From the NCBI RefSeq assembly GCF_051903065.1, contig NZ_CP178438.1: 64,000 nucleotides of DNA, one strand, 5' to 3'. The notes under the pieces were generated by a model that saw nothing but the letters and a program-made list of their open reading frames with translations, made no database searches and was not told the origin of the DNA. Positions within the stretch are counted from its first letter, which is position 1. Each line of letters starts with the position of its first letter. A program made the position numbers and the translations under genes. This DNA comes from Escherichia coli. GTDB lineage: Bacteria; Pseudomonadota; Gammaproteobacteria; Enterobacterales; Enterobacteriaceae. This document shows positions 12,387-24,138 of this stretch, in pieces.

Positions 12387-12470
12387 GCCGCTTTATTATC
12401 GAGTTCGGTGACCGCCAGGACGGTCACTTCTGAGAAAAGGCATTTACACAGAATCTTAAACAGGTTCACG
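12387..12470 (+). mobile_element. IS256-family terminal fragment (3' end with terminal repeat), opposite orientation to adjacent transposase pseudogene
   Basis: Direct repeat of 622-700; terminal sequence ggcatttacacagaatcttaaacaggttcac mirrors the sequence at 12358-12386. Confidence 0.5.
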
Positions 12471-13108
12471 CAGCACTGGCGTCAGGGCATTGATTGTCGC
12501 TTTCACTGATTTGCTCCGGTTTCCCGTGGTCAGACTGCGCACTTTCTCCTTCAGCCTGTTCACACTCGTCAGGGCTATTTTCAGCTTCAACTGTTTGTGC
12601 CATGTCATACTGTACCCGAGGAACTTCTGCTCCCACGGGCGCGCCACCGCGCTCTTCTTCTCATTCACTTTCTGCTTCAGTTTGTTCTCTACGACGTCCT
12701 GATACCATCCAGCAATGGCCGCCCTGCGGCATGCCTTCCTGCCATTTCTCTCTTTGCCCGTCCCGGACTATTTCCTCTTTCAAGTAGCGGCGTATCAGCC
12801 TCAGCACCCGCCTGTCCTTTATCGTACTGGCCAGACGCGTCATCAGGAGTCTGTGATCCACACGGTCGAAGAACTTCTCCAGATTTATATCCACCACCCA
12901 CCGTTTGCTGCCCCGTATATAATGCTGTGCCTATTGCACTGCCTGCCATACGTTGCGTCCCAGCCGGAAACCGTGCCTAGAGTCTGAGAAGCTTTTGTCC
13001 ACGATGGCGCTTAAATGTTGCGCTATAGCTATAGCCTGCTGGATAGGCCTATCCACCACTGTCGGGATGCCTAAGGTTCTCACGCCGCCATCATGCAGCT
13101 CTGACGGA
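12471..13108 (-). pseudogene. Group II intron-encoded reverse transcriptase/maturase remnant (frameshifted, internally deleted, truncated at both ends by IS insertions)
   Basis: RT motifs GIPTVVDRPIQQA and DINLEKFFDRVDH; C-terminal maturase-like RPWEQKFLGYSMT; split across overlapping ORFs in different frames. Confidence 0.65.
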
Positions 13109-13172
13109 TGAGGTAGCCTGAGTTTAACGGACACTCCTTCCTGAAATAGAATGGCATCAGAAGGAGCTAATA

Positions 13173-13435
13173 ATGAGCAGAAAAACCCAACGTTACTCTA
13201 AAGAGTTCAAAGCCGAAGCTGTCAGAACGGTTCTTGAAAATCAACTTTCGATCAGTGAAGGCGCTTCCCGATTATCTCTTCCTGAAGGCACTTTAGGACA
13301 ATGGGTTACCGCCGCCAGAAAAGGGCTCGGTACTCTTGGTTCCCGCACGGTGGCTGAACTGGAATCTGAAATTCTGCAACTGCGTAAGGCGTTAAATGAA
13401 GCTCGCCTTGAGCGAGATATATTAAAAAAAGCCGT
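13173..13435 (+). pseudogene. IS600-like OrfA, disrupted by IS30 insertion 5 bp downstream of the A7 slippery run
   Basis: MSRKTQRYSKEFKAEAVRTV...ERDILKKA then IS30 left end; continuation [10 protein letters not shown] follows IS30 right end at 14657. Confidence 0.75.
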
Positions 13436-15564
<2,129 letters not shown>

Positions 15565-15573
15565 CCACTTCAT

Positions 15574-15897
15574 GTCGTTGAACTGCATAATACTGGCCCA
15601 AGCACCGCAACCAGTCTTGCTGCGCTTATCGCTTTATGTTCGATATTGCTGGCAAAACCAGTACAGGAACAGATGGTGGTGTTGGGCAGTATGACGCTTG
15701 GTGGAGTAATTAACCCGATACAAGATCTTGCTGCCAGTTTACAGCTCGCCTTCGACAGCGGCGCAAAACGAGTTCTGTTGCCGATGTCCTCGGCTATGGA
15801 TATTCCAACGGTTCCGGCAGAGTTATTTACCAAGTTTCAGGTGAGTTTTTACTCAGACCCGGTTGATGCTGTTTATAAGGCGCTGGGTGTGAATTAA
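15574..15897 (+). pseudogene. Lon-like protease C-terminal domain fragment (possibly BrxL-like), 5'-truncated by IS600-like element
   Basis: In-frame translation from IS boundary: ...NTGPSTATSLAALIAL...MTLGGVINPIQDLAASLQLAFDSGAKRVLLP... parallels Lon DGPSAG...[30 protein letters not shown]; no N-terminal ATPase region present. Confidence 0.5.
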
Positions 15898-15983
15898 TGT
15901 AGTAACTATTTTAATGAACTGGAGAGGACAATGGCTCAAGAACGTTCTGTAATTAAATTCATCAGACCGGTAATGACTCCAAC

Positions 15984-16487
15984 TTATTGATAGTGTTTTA
16001 TGTTCAGATAATGCCCGATGACTTTGTCATGCAGCTCCACCGATTTTGAGAACGACAGCGACTTCCGTCCCAGCCGTGCCAGGTGCTGCCTCAGATTCAG
16101 GTTATGCCGCTCAATTCGCTGCGTATATCGCTTGCTGATTACGTGCAGCTTTCCCTTCAGGCGGGATTCATACAGCGGCCAGCCATCCGTCATCCATATC
16201 ACCACGTCAAAGGGTGACAGCAGGCTCATAAGACGCCCCAGCGTCGCCATAGTGCGTTCACCGAATACGTGCGCAACAACCGTCTTCCGGAGCCTGTCAT
16301 ACGCGTAAAACAGCCAGCGCTGGCGCGATTTAGCCCCGACATAGCCCCACTGTTCGTCCATTTCCGCGCAGACGATGACGTCACTGCCCGGCTGTATGCG
16401 CGAGGTTACCGACTGCGGCCTGAGTTTTTTAAGTGACGTAAAATCGTGTTGAGGCCAACGCCCATAATGCGGGCTGTTGCCCGGCAT
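15984..16487 (-). CDS. insB: IS1 InsB (expressed as InsAB fusion by frameshift)
   Basis: 167-aa ORF overlapping insA in -1 frame. Confidence 0.85.
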
Positions 16488-16681
16488 CCAACGCCATTCA
16501 TGGCCATATCAATGATTTTCTGGTGCGTACCGGGTTGAGAAGCGGTGTAAGTGAACTGCAGTTGCCATGTTTTACGGCAGTGAGAGCAGAGATAGCGCTG
16601 ATGTCCGGCGGTGCTTTTGCCGTTACGCACCACCCCGTCAGTAGCTGAACAGGAGGGACAGCTGATAGAAACAGAAGCCAC
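16406..16681 (-). CDS. insA: IS1 InsA
   Basis: 91 aa [43 protein letters not shown]... Confidence 0.9.
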
Positions 16682-16890
16682 TGGAGCACCTCAAAAACAC
16701 CATCATACACTAAATCAGTAAGTTGGCAGCATCACCGGCTGTTTATGCTACCCGATTCTCAAATCAATTACCGAAAGCTTCTGTTCATCAACTAACTCAT
16801 TACTTTTAATGATGGGGCCCTTTCTGGGGCCCAAGAAATTAACAACGCTAACAAACAACATAAATAACAATAAATTAAATAAAAAATTTC

Positions 16891-16909
16891 ATTCCTGCAG
16901 GGGACACCA
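16891..16909 (+). repeat. Partial copy of argW tRNA-Arg 3' end (att-type direct repeat) marking island boundary
   Basis: attcctgcaggggacacca matches the 3' terminal 19 nt of tRNA-Arg(CCU) argW as recalled; no upstream tRNA body. Confidence 0.65.
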
Positions 16910-17350
16910 GATACCCTTCAAACCAAATCTACCTTCATCCCGTAAACGATGGGTTTGGCAGCACACTTGCCCTATATCTACTCATTTTTACTGCAACAGG
17001 TTGAAATCTCAGCACTGTCAGAAAGCGCTGATGACTAAACAGCCCTGGGCCGGGCGATGTAACCATCACACAGAATCCTGATAGCGAAATATGGCGTGAC
17101 TCGATACTTCACTCCGCAATGCATTCCTTGATGAATTCGCAGGCCCGTGATACACGCGACAGGTCGCTGAATGACGACAATGTCCTGGAAATCAGCGAAC
17201 CGTGTATCCGGAGTACATTTGAGCGACTGTACCAGAACATGAATGAGGTGTTTGGATTAGGCGATTATTAGCAGGGCTAAGCATTTTACTATTATTATTT
17301 TCCGGTTGAGGGATATAGAGCTATCGACAACAACCGGAAAAAGTTTACGT

Positions 17351-18598
17351 CTATATTGCTGAAGGTACAGGCGTTTCCATAACTATTTGCTCGCGTTTTT
17401 TACTCAGGAAGAAAATGCCAAATAGCAACATCAGGCAGACAATACCCGAAATTGCGAAGAAAACTGTCTGGTAGCCTGCGTGGTCAAAGAGTATCCCAGT
17501 CGGCGTTGAAAGCAGCACAATCCCAAGCGAACTGGCAATTTGAAAACCAATCAGAAAGATCGTCGACGACAGGCGCTTATCAAAGTTTGCCACGCTGTAT
17601 TTGAAGACGGATATGACACAAAGTGGAACCTCAATGGCATGTAACAGCTTCACTAATGAAATAATCCAGGGGTTAACGAACAGCGCGCAGGAAAGGATAC
17701 GCAACGCCATAATCACAACACCGATAAGTAATGCATTTTTTGGCCCTACCCGATTCACAAAGAACGGAATAATCGCCATGCACAGCGCTTCGAGTACCAC
17801 CTGGAATGAGTTGAGATAACCATACAGGCGCGTTCCTACATCGTGTGATTCGAATAAACCTGCATAAAAGACGGGAAAAAGTTGTTGATCAAAAATGTTA
17901 TAGAAAGACCACGTCCCAACAATAAATATGACGAAAACCCAGAAGTTTCGATCCTTGAAAACTGCGATAAAATCCTCTTTTTTTACCCCTCCCGCATCCG
18001 CCGCTACGCACTGGTGATCCTTATCTTTAAAACACATGTTGATCATCATAAATACAGCGCCAAATAGCGAGACCAACCAGAAGTTGATATGGGGACTGAT
18101 ACTAAAAAATATGCCGGCAAAGAACGCGCCAATAGCATAGCCAAAAGATCCCCAGGCGCGCGCTGTTCCATATTCGAAATGAAAATTTCGCGCCATTTTT
18201 TCAGTGAAGCTGTCAAGCAAACCGCAGCCCGCCAGATAACCCAGGCCAAAAAAGAGCGCACCCAGAATTAAACCTACAGAAAAATTGCTTTGCAGTAACG
18301 GTTCATAAACGTAAATCATAAACGGTCCGGTCAAGACCAGGATGAAACTCATACACCAGATGAGCGGTTTCTTCAGACCGAGTTTATCCTGAACGATGCC
18401 GTAGAACATCATAAATAGAATACTGGTAAACTGGTTGACCGAATAAAGTGTACCTAATTCCGTCCCTGTCAACCCTAGATGTCCTTTCAGCCAAATAGCG
18501 TATAACGACCACCACAGCGACCAGGAAATAAAAAAGAGAAATGAGTAACTGGATGCAAAACGATAGTACGCATTTCTGAATGGAATATTCAGTGCCAT
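17351..18598 (-). CDS. cscB: Sucrose:H+ symporter CscB (LacY-type MFS)
   Basis: 415 aa, N-terminus MALNIPFRNAYYRFASSYSFLFFISW; arrangement with cscK, cscA, cscR. Confidence 0.9.
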   Translation of the reverse strand: MALNIPFRNAYYRFASSYSFLFFISWSLWWSLYAIWLKGHLGLTGTELGTLYSVNQFTSILFMMFYGIVQDKLGLKKPLIWCMSFILVLTGPFMIYVYEPLLQSNFSVGLILGALFFGLGYLAGCGLLDSFTEKMARNFHFEYGTARAWGSFGYAIGAFFAGIFFSISPHINFWLVSLFGAVFMMINMCFKDKDHQCVAADAGGVKKEDFIAVFKDRNFWVFVIFIVGTWSFYNIFDQQLFPVFYAGLFESHDVGTRLYGYLNSFQVVLEALCMAIIPFFVNRVGPKNALLIGVVIMALRILSCALFVNPWIISLVKLLHAIEVPLCVISVFKYSVANFDKRLSSTIFLIGFQIASSLGIVLLSTPTGILFDHAGYQTVFFAISGIVCLMLLFGIFFLSKKREQIVMETPVPSAI

Positions 18599-18669
18599 AA
18601 TTACCTGCCTGTCGTTAAAAAATTCACGTCCTATTTAGAGATAAGAGCGACTTCGCCGTTTACTTCTCA

Positions 18670-19584
18670 CTATTCCAGTTCTTGTCGACATGGCAGCGCT
18701 GTCATTGCCCCTTTCGCCGTTACTGCAAGCGCTCCGCAACGTTGAGCGAGATCGATAATTCGTCGCATTTCTCTCTCATCTGTAGATAATCCCGTAGAGG
18801 ACAGACCTGTGAGTAACCCGGCAACGAACGCATCTCCCGCCCCCGTGCTATCGACACAATTCACAGACATTCCAGCAAAATGGTGAACTTGTCCTCGATA
18901 ACAGACCACCACCCCTTCTGCACCTTTAGTCACCAACAGCATGGCGATCTCATACTCTTTTGCCAGGGCGCATATATTCCGATCGTTCTGTGTTTTTCCA
19001 CTGATAAGTCGCCATTCTTCTTCCGAGAGCTTGACGACATCCGCCAGTTGTAGCGCCTGCCGCAAACACAAGCGGAGCAAATGCTCGTCTTGCCATAGAT
19101 CTTCACGAATATTGGGATCGAAGCTGACAAAACCTCCGGCATGCCGGATCGCAGTCATCGCAGTAAATGCGCTGGTACGCGAAGGCTCGGCAGACAACGC
19201 AATTGAACAGAGATGTAACCATTCGCCATGTCGCCAGCAGGGCAAGTCTGTCGTCTCTAAAAAAAGATCGGCACTGGGGCGGACCATAAACGTAAATGAA
19301 CGTTCCCCTTGATCGTTCAGATCGACAAGCACCGTGGATGTCCGGTGCCATTCATCTTGCTTCAGATACGTGATATCGACTCCCTCAGTTAGCAGCGTTC
19401 TTTGCATTAACGCACCAAAAGGATCATCACCGACCCGACCTATAAACCCACTTATTCCGCCTAATCTGGCGATTCCCACCGCAACGTTAGCTGGCGCGCC
19501 GCCAGGACAAGGCAGTAGGCGCCCGTCTGATTCTGGCAAGAGATCTACTACCGCATCCCCTAAAACCCATACTTTGGCTGACAT
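18670..19584 (-). CDS. cscK: Fructokinase CscK (PfkB/ribokinase family)
   Basis: 304 aa with PfkB signature ...DSTGAGDAFVAGLL...; between cscB and cscA. Confidence 0.9.
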   Translation of the reverse strand: MSAKVWVLGDAVVDLLPESDGRLLPCPGGAPANVAVGIARLGGISGFIGRVGDDPFGALMQRTLLTEGVDITYLKQDEWHRTSTVLVDLNDQGERSFTFMVRPSADLFLETTDLPCWRHGEWLHLCSIALSAEPSRTSAFTAMTAIRHAGGFVSFDPNIREDLWQDEHLLRLCLRQALQLADVVKLSEEEWRLISGKTQNDRNICALAKEYEIAMLLVTKGAEGVVVCYRGQVHHFAGMSVNCVDSTGAGDAFVAGLLTGLSSTGLSTDEREMRRIIDLAQRCGALAVTAKGAMTALPCRQELE

Positions 19585-19799
19585 TTTTTTCCCTTAAATT
19601 CATCTGACTTACGCATAGTGATAAACCTCTTTTTCGCAAAATCGTCATGGATTTACTAAAACATGCATATTCGATCACAAAATGTCATAGTTAACGTTAA
19701 CATTTGTGATATTCATCGCATTTATGAAAGTAAGGGACTTTATTTTTATAAAAGTTAACGTTAACAATTCACCAAATTTGCTTAACCAGGATGATTAAA

Positions 19800-21233
19800 A
19801 TGACGCAATCTCGATTGCATGCGGCGCAAAACGCACTAGCAAAACTTCATGAGCACCGGGGTAACACTTTCTATCCCCATTTTCACCTCGCGCCTCCTGC
19901 CGGGTGGATGAACGATCCAAACGGCCTGATCTGGTTTAACGATCGTTATCACGCGTTTTATCAACATCACCCAATGAGCGAACACTGGGGGCCAATGCAC
20001 TGGGGACATGCCACCAGCGACGATATGATCCACTGGCAGCATGAGCCTATTGCGCTAGCGCCAGGAGACGATAATGACAAAGACGGGTGTTTTTCAGGTA
20101 GTGCTGTCGATGACAATGGTGTCCTCTCACTTATCTACACCGGACACGTCTGGCTCGATGGTGCAGGTAATGACGATGCAATTCGCGAAGTACAATGTCT
20201 GGCTACCAGTCGGGATGGTATTCATTTCGAGAAACAGGGTGTGATCCTCACTCCACCAGAAGGAATCATGCACTTCCGCGATCCTAAAGTGTGGCGTGAA
20301 GCCGACACATGGTGGATGGTAGTCGGGGCGAAAGACCCAGGCAACACGGGGCAGATCCTGCTTTATCGCGGCAGTTCATTACGTGAATGGACTTTCGATC
20401 GCGTACTGGCCCACGCTGATGCGGGTGAAAGCTATATGTGGGAATGTCCGGACTTTTTCAGCCTTGGCGATCAGCATTATCTGATGTTTTCCCCGCAGGG
20501 AATGAATGCCGAGGGATACAGTTACCGAAATCGCTTTCAAAGTGGCGTAATACCCGGAATGTGGTCGCCAGGACGACTTTTTGCACAATCCGGGCATTTT
20601 ACTGAACTTGATAACGGGCATGACTTTTATGCACCACAAAGCTTTGTAGCGAAGGATGGTCGGCGTATTGTTATCGGCTGGATGGATATGTGGGAATCGC
20701 CAATGCCCTCAAAACGTGAAGGCTGGGCAGGCTGCATGACGCTGGCGCGCGAGCTATCAGAGAGCAATGGCAAACTCCTACAACGCCCGGTACACGAAGC
20801 TGAGTCGTTACGCCAGCAGCATCAATCTATCTCTCCCCGCACAATCAGCAATAAATATGTTTTGCAGGAAAACGCGCAAGCAGTTGAGATTCAGTTGCAG
20901 TGGGCGCTGAAGAACAGTGATGCCGAACATTACGGATTACAGCTCGGCACTGGAATGCGGCTGTATATTGATAACCAATCTGAGCGACTTGTTTTGTGGC
21001 GGTATTACCCACACGAGAATTTAGACGGCTACCGTAGTATTCCCCTCCCGCAGCGTGACACGCTCGCCCTAAGGATATTTATCGATACATCATCCGTGGA
21101 AGTATTTATTAACGACGGGGAAGCGGTGATGAGTAGTCGAATCTATCCGCAGCCAGAAGAACGGGAACTGTCGCTTTATGCCTCCCACGGAGTGGCTGTG
21201 GTGCAACATGGAGCACTCTGGCAACTGGGTTAA
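19800..21233 (+). CDS. cscA: Sucrose-6-phosphate hydrolase / invertase CscA (GH32)
   Basis: GH32 motifs WMNDPNG, FRDP, WECPD; start placed at MTQSRLH (ORF track begins 3 codons earlier at 19791). Confidence 0.9.
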   Translation: MTQSRLHAAQNALAKLHEHRGNTFYPHFHLAPPAGWMNDPNGLIWFNDRYHAFYQHHPMSEHWGPMHWGHATSDDMIHWQHEPIALAPGDDNDKDGCFSGSAVDDNGVLSLIYTGHVWLDGAGNDDAIREVQCLATSRDGIHFEKQGVILTPPEGIMHFRDPKVWREADTWWMVVGAKDPGNTGQILLYRGSSLREWTFDRVLAHADAGESYMWECPDFFSLGDQHYLMFSPQGMNAEGYSYRNRFQSGVIPGMWSPGRLFAQSGHFTELDNGHDFYAPQSFVAKDGRRIVIGWMDMWESPMPSKREGWAGCMTLARELSESNGKLLQRPVHEAESLRQQHQSISPRTISNKYVLQENAQAVEIQLQWALKNSDAEHYGLQLGTGMRLYIDNQSERLVLWRYYPHENLDGYRSIPLPQRDTLALRIFIDTSSVEVFINDGEAVMSSRIYPQPEERELSLYASHGVAVVQHGALWQLG

Positions 21234-21240
21234 CATAATA

Positions 21241-22236
21241 TCAGGTGGAACAACGGATCAACAGCGGGCAAGGGATCCGCGTCACACTTCCCCCTTCACG
21301 ACCTTCAATAATATGCAATGCAGCTTCCCGCCCGATAATGTCATGTGGAAGCTGAATTGTGGTCAGCGGCGGTAAAAACAGATGCCCGACGCCAACCAGA
21401 TTATCAAAGCCCATTACGGCGACATCCTGCGGGATACGTACCCCCTTAGCCAGGAGAACCTGATAAGCCACAAAGGCTGCGCGATCGTTACCACATATCA
21501 GAACATCAAAATCTGGTTTGCCCGATTTGAAGTGGTCATTGAGTAAACTTGCGAGATCGGTGTAGTGATCATCACCTGTTGCCATGTGAAATTGTTTCAC
21601 CTCAGCCAGATCTCGTCCAGCATCACGCCAGGCCTGCTCAAATCCCTGCCGACGATACCCTGTTGCCAACGCACTTTCCGGTAGCCAGAAGCATAACGGT
21701 TGACGATAGCCCGCCGCGAGCAAATGCTGTGTTGATTCATATTGTGCAGTGTAATCATCAGGGATATAACTGGGTAACGCTGGGTCATCCGCCACACAGT
21801 TCGCCAATACAATATTTTCACCATACAGAGACTCAGGTAGCGTGATATGTCGCAGCCCCATTGTAGTATAGATAATGCCATCCGGACGGTGGGCAAGCAG
21901 CTGACGTGCCGCGCGGGCAGCGTCATCTTCAGAAAAAATATTGATTAAAAAACTATTCCAGCCGAACTCGCTGGCGGTTTGCTCAATGGCAAGCAGAATA
22001 TCAACAGAGAAAGGAGTGGTAGCAGTGTCCTGCGCCAGCACGGCGAGAGTCGACGGCTTACGTCCTTGAGCGCGCATCTTACGGGCGGAAAGATCAGGAA
22101 CATAATTCAGGGTCTGGATTGCCTGCAATACGCGGTCACGCGTTGCAGGACGCACAGATTCTGCATTATGCATCACCCGGGAGACTGTCATCATCGACAC
22201 TCCCGCCAGGCGTGCGACATCCTTTAATGAAGCCAT
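21241..22236 (-). CDS. cscR: Sucrose operon repressor CscR (LacI family)
   Basis: HTH MASLKDVARLAGVSMMTVSRV; start placed at internal ATG 22236 (ORF track extends 62 codons upstream). Confidence 0.85.
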   Translation of the reverse strand: MASLKDVARLAGVSMMTVSRVMHNAESVRPATRDRVLQAIQTLNYVPDLSARKMRAQGRKPSTLAVLAQDTATTPFSVDILLAIEQTASEFGWNSFLINIFSEDDAARAARQLLAHRPDGIIYTTMGLRHITLPESLYGENIVLANCVADDPALPSYIPDDYTAQYESTQHLLAAGYRQPLCFWLPESALATGYRRQGFEQAWRDAGRDLAEVKQFHMATGDDHYTDLASLLNDHFKSGKPDFDVLICGNDRAAFVAYQVLLAKGVRIPQDVAVMGFDNLVGVGHLFLPPLTTIQLPHDIIGREAALHIIEGREGGSVTRIPCPLLIRCST

Positions 22237-22466
22237 ACCCAAGCCGTTTGCCGTAAAACGGGCACTGTAGCAGAAACAGACGTCACTGGCGAGATCCAAC
22301 GCCCTATCACCTGACACGGCAATACAATAAAAAATAACAATAATTCCCGGACAATTGTCCCCAATTCCGCCTCTGTTCTCGCCAACGAGTAACCATATAG
22401 GCAAGTAAGTAAAACATGCCAACTGGCATCGCCAACCTGGAGAAGAAAATATAAATATGGATCATT

Positions 22467-22685
22467 GTGCTGCCGCTGTATCCCGACATCAGCCCGGAAA
22501 TTATTGCGATTGCTATCGGTTCAGGCGCGATTGGCTGCACGATCGTTACGGACTCGCTTTTCTGGCTGGTGAAGCAATATTGCGGCGCTACGCTCAATGA
22601 AACATTTAAATACTATACGACAGCGACATTTATCGCTTCAGTCGTCGCTCTGGCGGGCACATTCCTGCTGTCATTTATCATCTAA
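22467..22685 (+). pseudogene. dsdX: dsdX 3' remnant (D-serine permease C-terminal about 70 codons)
   Basis: Hydrophobic C-terminal segment immediately upstream of dsdA with no N-terminal portion; csc cluster occupies the position of dsdC and dsdX 5' part. Confidence 0.7.
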
Positions 22686-22702
22686 GCGCAAAGAGACGTA
22701 CT

Positions 22703-24031
22703 ATGGAAAACGCTAAAATGAACTCGCTCATCGCCCAGTATCCGTTGGTAAAGGATCTGGTTGCTCTTAAAGAAACCACCTGGTTTAATCCTGGCACGAC
22801 CTCATTGGCTGAAGGTTTACCTTATGTTGGCCTGACCGAACAGGATGTTCAGGACGCCCATGCGCGCTTATCCCGTTTTGCACCCTATCTGGCAAAAGCA
22901 TTTCCTGAAACTGCTGCCACTGGGGGGATTATTGAATCAGAACTGGTTGCCATTCCGGCTATGCAAAAACGGCTGGAAAAGGAATATCAACAACCGATCA
23001 GCGGGCAACTGTTACTGAAAAAAGATAGCCATTTGCCCATTTCCGGCTCCATAAAAGCACGCGGCGGGATTTATGAAGTCCTGGCACACGCAGAAAAACT
23101 GGCTCTGGAAGCGGGGTTGCTGACGCTTGATGATGACTACAGCAAACTGCTTTCTCCGGAGTTTAAACAGTTCTTTAGCCAATACAGCATTGCTGTGGGC
23201 TCAACCGGAAATCTGGGGTTATCAATCGGCATTATGAGCGCCCGCATTGGCTTTAAGGTGACAGTGCATATGTCTGCTGATGCCCGGGCATGGAAAAAAG
23301 CGAAACTGCGCAGCCATGGCGTTACGGTCGTGGAATATGAGCAAGATTATGGTGTTGCCGTCGAGGAAGGACATAAAGCAGCGCAGTCTGACCCGAACTG
23401 TTTCTTTATTGATGACGAAAATTCCCGCACGTTGTTCCTTGGGTATTCCGTCGCTGGCCAGCGTCTTAAAGCGCAATTTGCCCAGCAAGGCCGTATCGTC
23501 GATGCTGATAACCCTCTGTTTGTCTATCTGCCGTGTGGTGTTGGCGGTGGTCCTGGTGGCGTCGCATTCGGGCTTAAACTGGCGTTTGGCGATCATGTTC
23601 ACTGCTTTTTTGCCGAACCAACGCACTCCCCTTGTATGTTGTTAGGCGTCCATACAGGATTACACGATCAGATTTCTGTTCAGGATATTGGTATCGACAA
23701 CCTTACCGCAGCGGATGGCCTTGCAGTTGGTCGCGCATCAGGCTTTGTCGGGCGGGCAATGGAGCGTCTGCTGGATGGCTTCTATACCCTTAGCGATCAA
23801 ACCATGTATGACATGCTTGGCTGGCTGGCGCAGGAAGAAGGTATTCGTCTTGAACCTTCGGCACTGGCGGGTATGGCCGGACCTCAGCGCGTGTGTGCAT
23901 CAGTAAGTTACCAACTGATGCACGGTTTCAGCGCAGAACAACTGCGTAATGCCACTCATCTGGTGTGGGCGACGGGAGGTGGAATGGTGCCGGAAGAAGA
24001 GATGAATCAATATCTGGCAAAAGGCCGTTAA
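22703..24031 (+). CDS. dsdA: D-serine dehydratase (deaminase)
   Basis: 442 aa, [19 protein letters not shown]..., PLP-binding Lys region SGSIKARGG. Confidence 0.95.
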   Translation: MENAKMNSLIAQYPLVKDLVALKETTWFNPGTTSLAEGLPYVGLTEQDVQDAHARLSRFAPYLAKAFPETAATGGIIESELVAIPAMQKRLEKEYQQPISGQLLLKKDSHLPISGSIKARGGIYEVLAHAEKLALEAGLLTLDDDYSKLLSPEFKQFFSQYSIAVGSTGNLGLSIGIMSARIGFKVTVHMSADARAWKKAKLRSHGVTVVEYEQDYGVAVEEGHKAAQSDPNCFFIDDENSRTLFLGYSVAGQRLKAQFAQQGRIVDADNPLFVYLPCGVGGGPGGVAFGLKLAFGDHVHCFFAEPTHSPCMLLGVHTGLHDQISVQDIGIDNLTAADGLAVGRASGFVGRAMERLLDGFYTLSDQTMYDMLGWLAQEEGIRLEPSALAGMAGPQRVCASVSYQLMHGFSAEQLRNATHLVWATGGGMVPEEEMNQYLAKGR

Positions 24032-24138
24032 TAACATTTCAACGCAGCATCGCCATCCTTTCCCTGGGTGAGCGATGCTGCCGATGGCGCAGACTTAAGA
24101 TCCCCGGTCTTACCCGCTATAACCCCCTGCTTTTACCA

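Larger units (their letters stand above)
15969..16736 (-). mobile_element. IS1, complete 768-bp copy, no target site duplication
   Basis: Termini ggtaatgactccaacttattgatag ... gttggcagcatcacc; flanking 9-mers differ (catcagacc vs ggctgttta). Confidence 0.9.

Noticed and set aside
15574-15968. Intact BREX or other complete defence system
   Set aside because: Only a roughly 108-aa Lon-like C-terminal fragment and a truncated ORF start remain; no ATPase, methyltransferase or phosphatase genes are present nearby.
16809-17081. 90-aa ORF spanning the argW 3' repeat
   Set aside because: Runs through a tRNA-derived att-like repeat and AT-rich junction; Asn/Lys-rich translation is a composition artefact.
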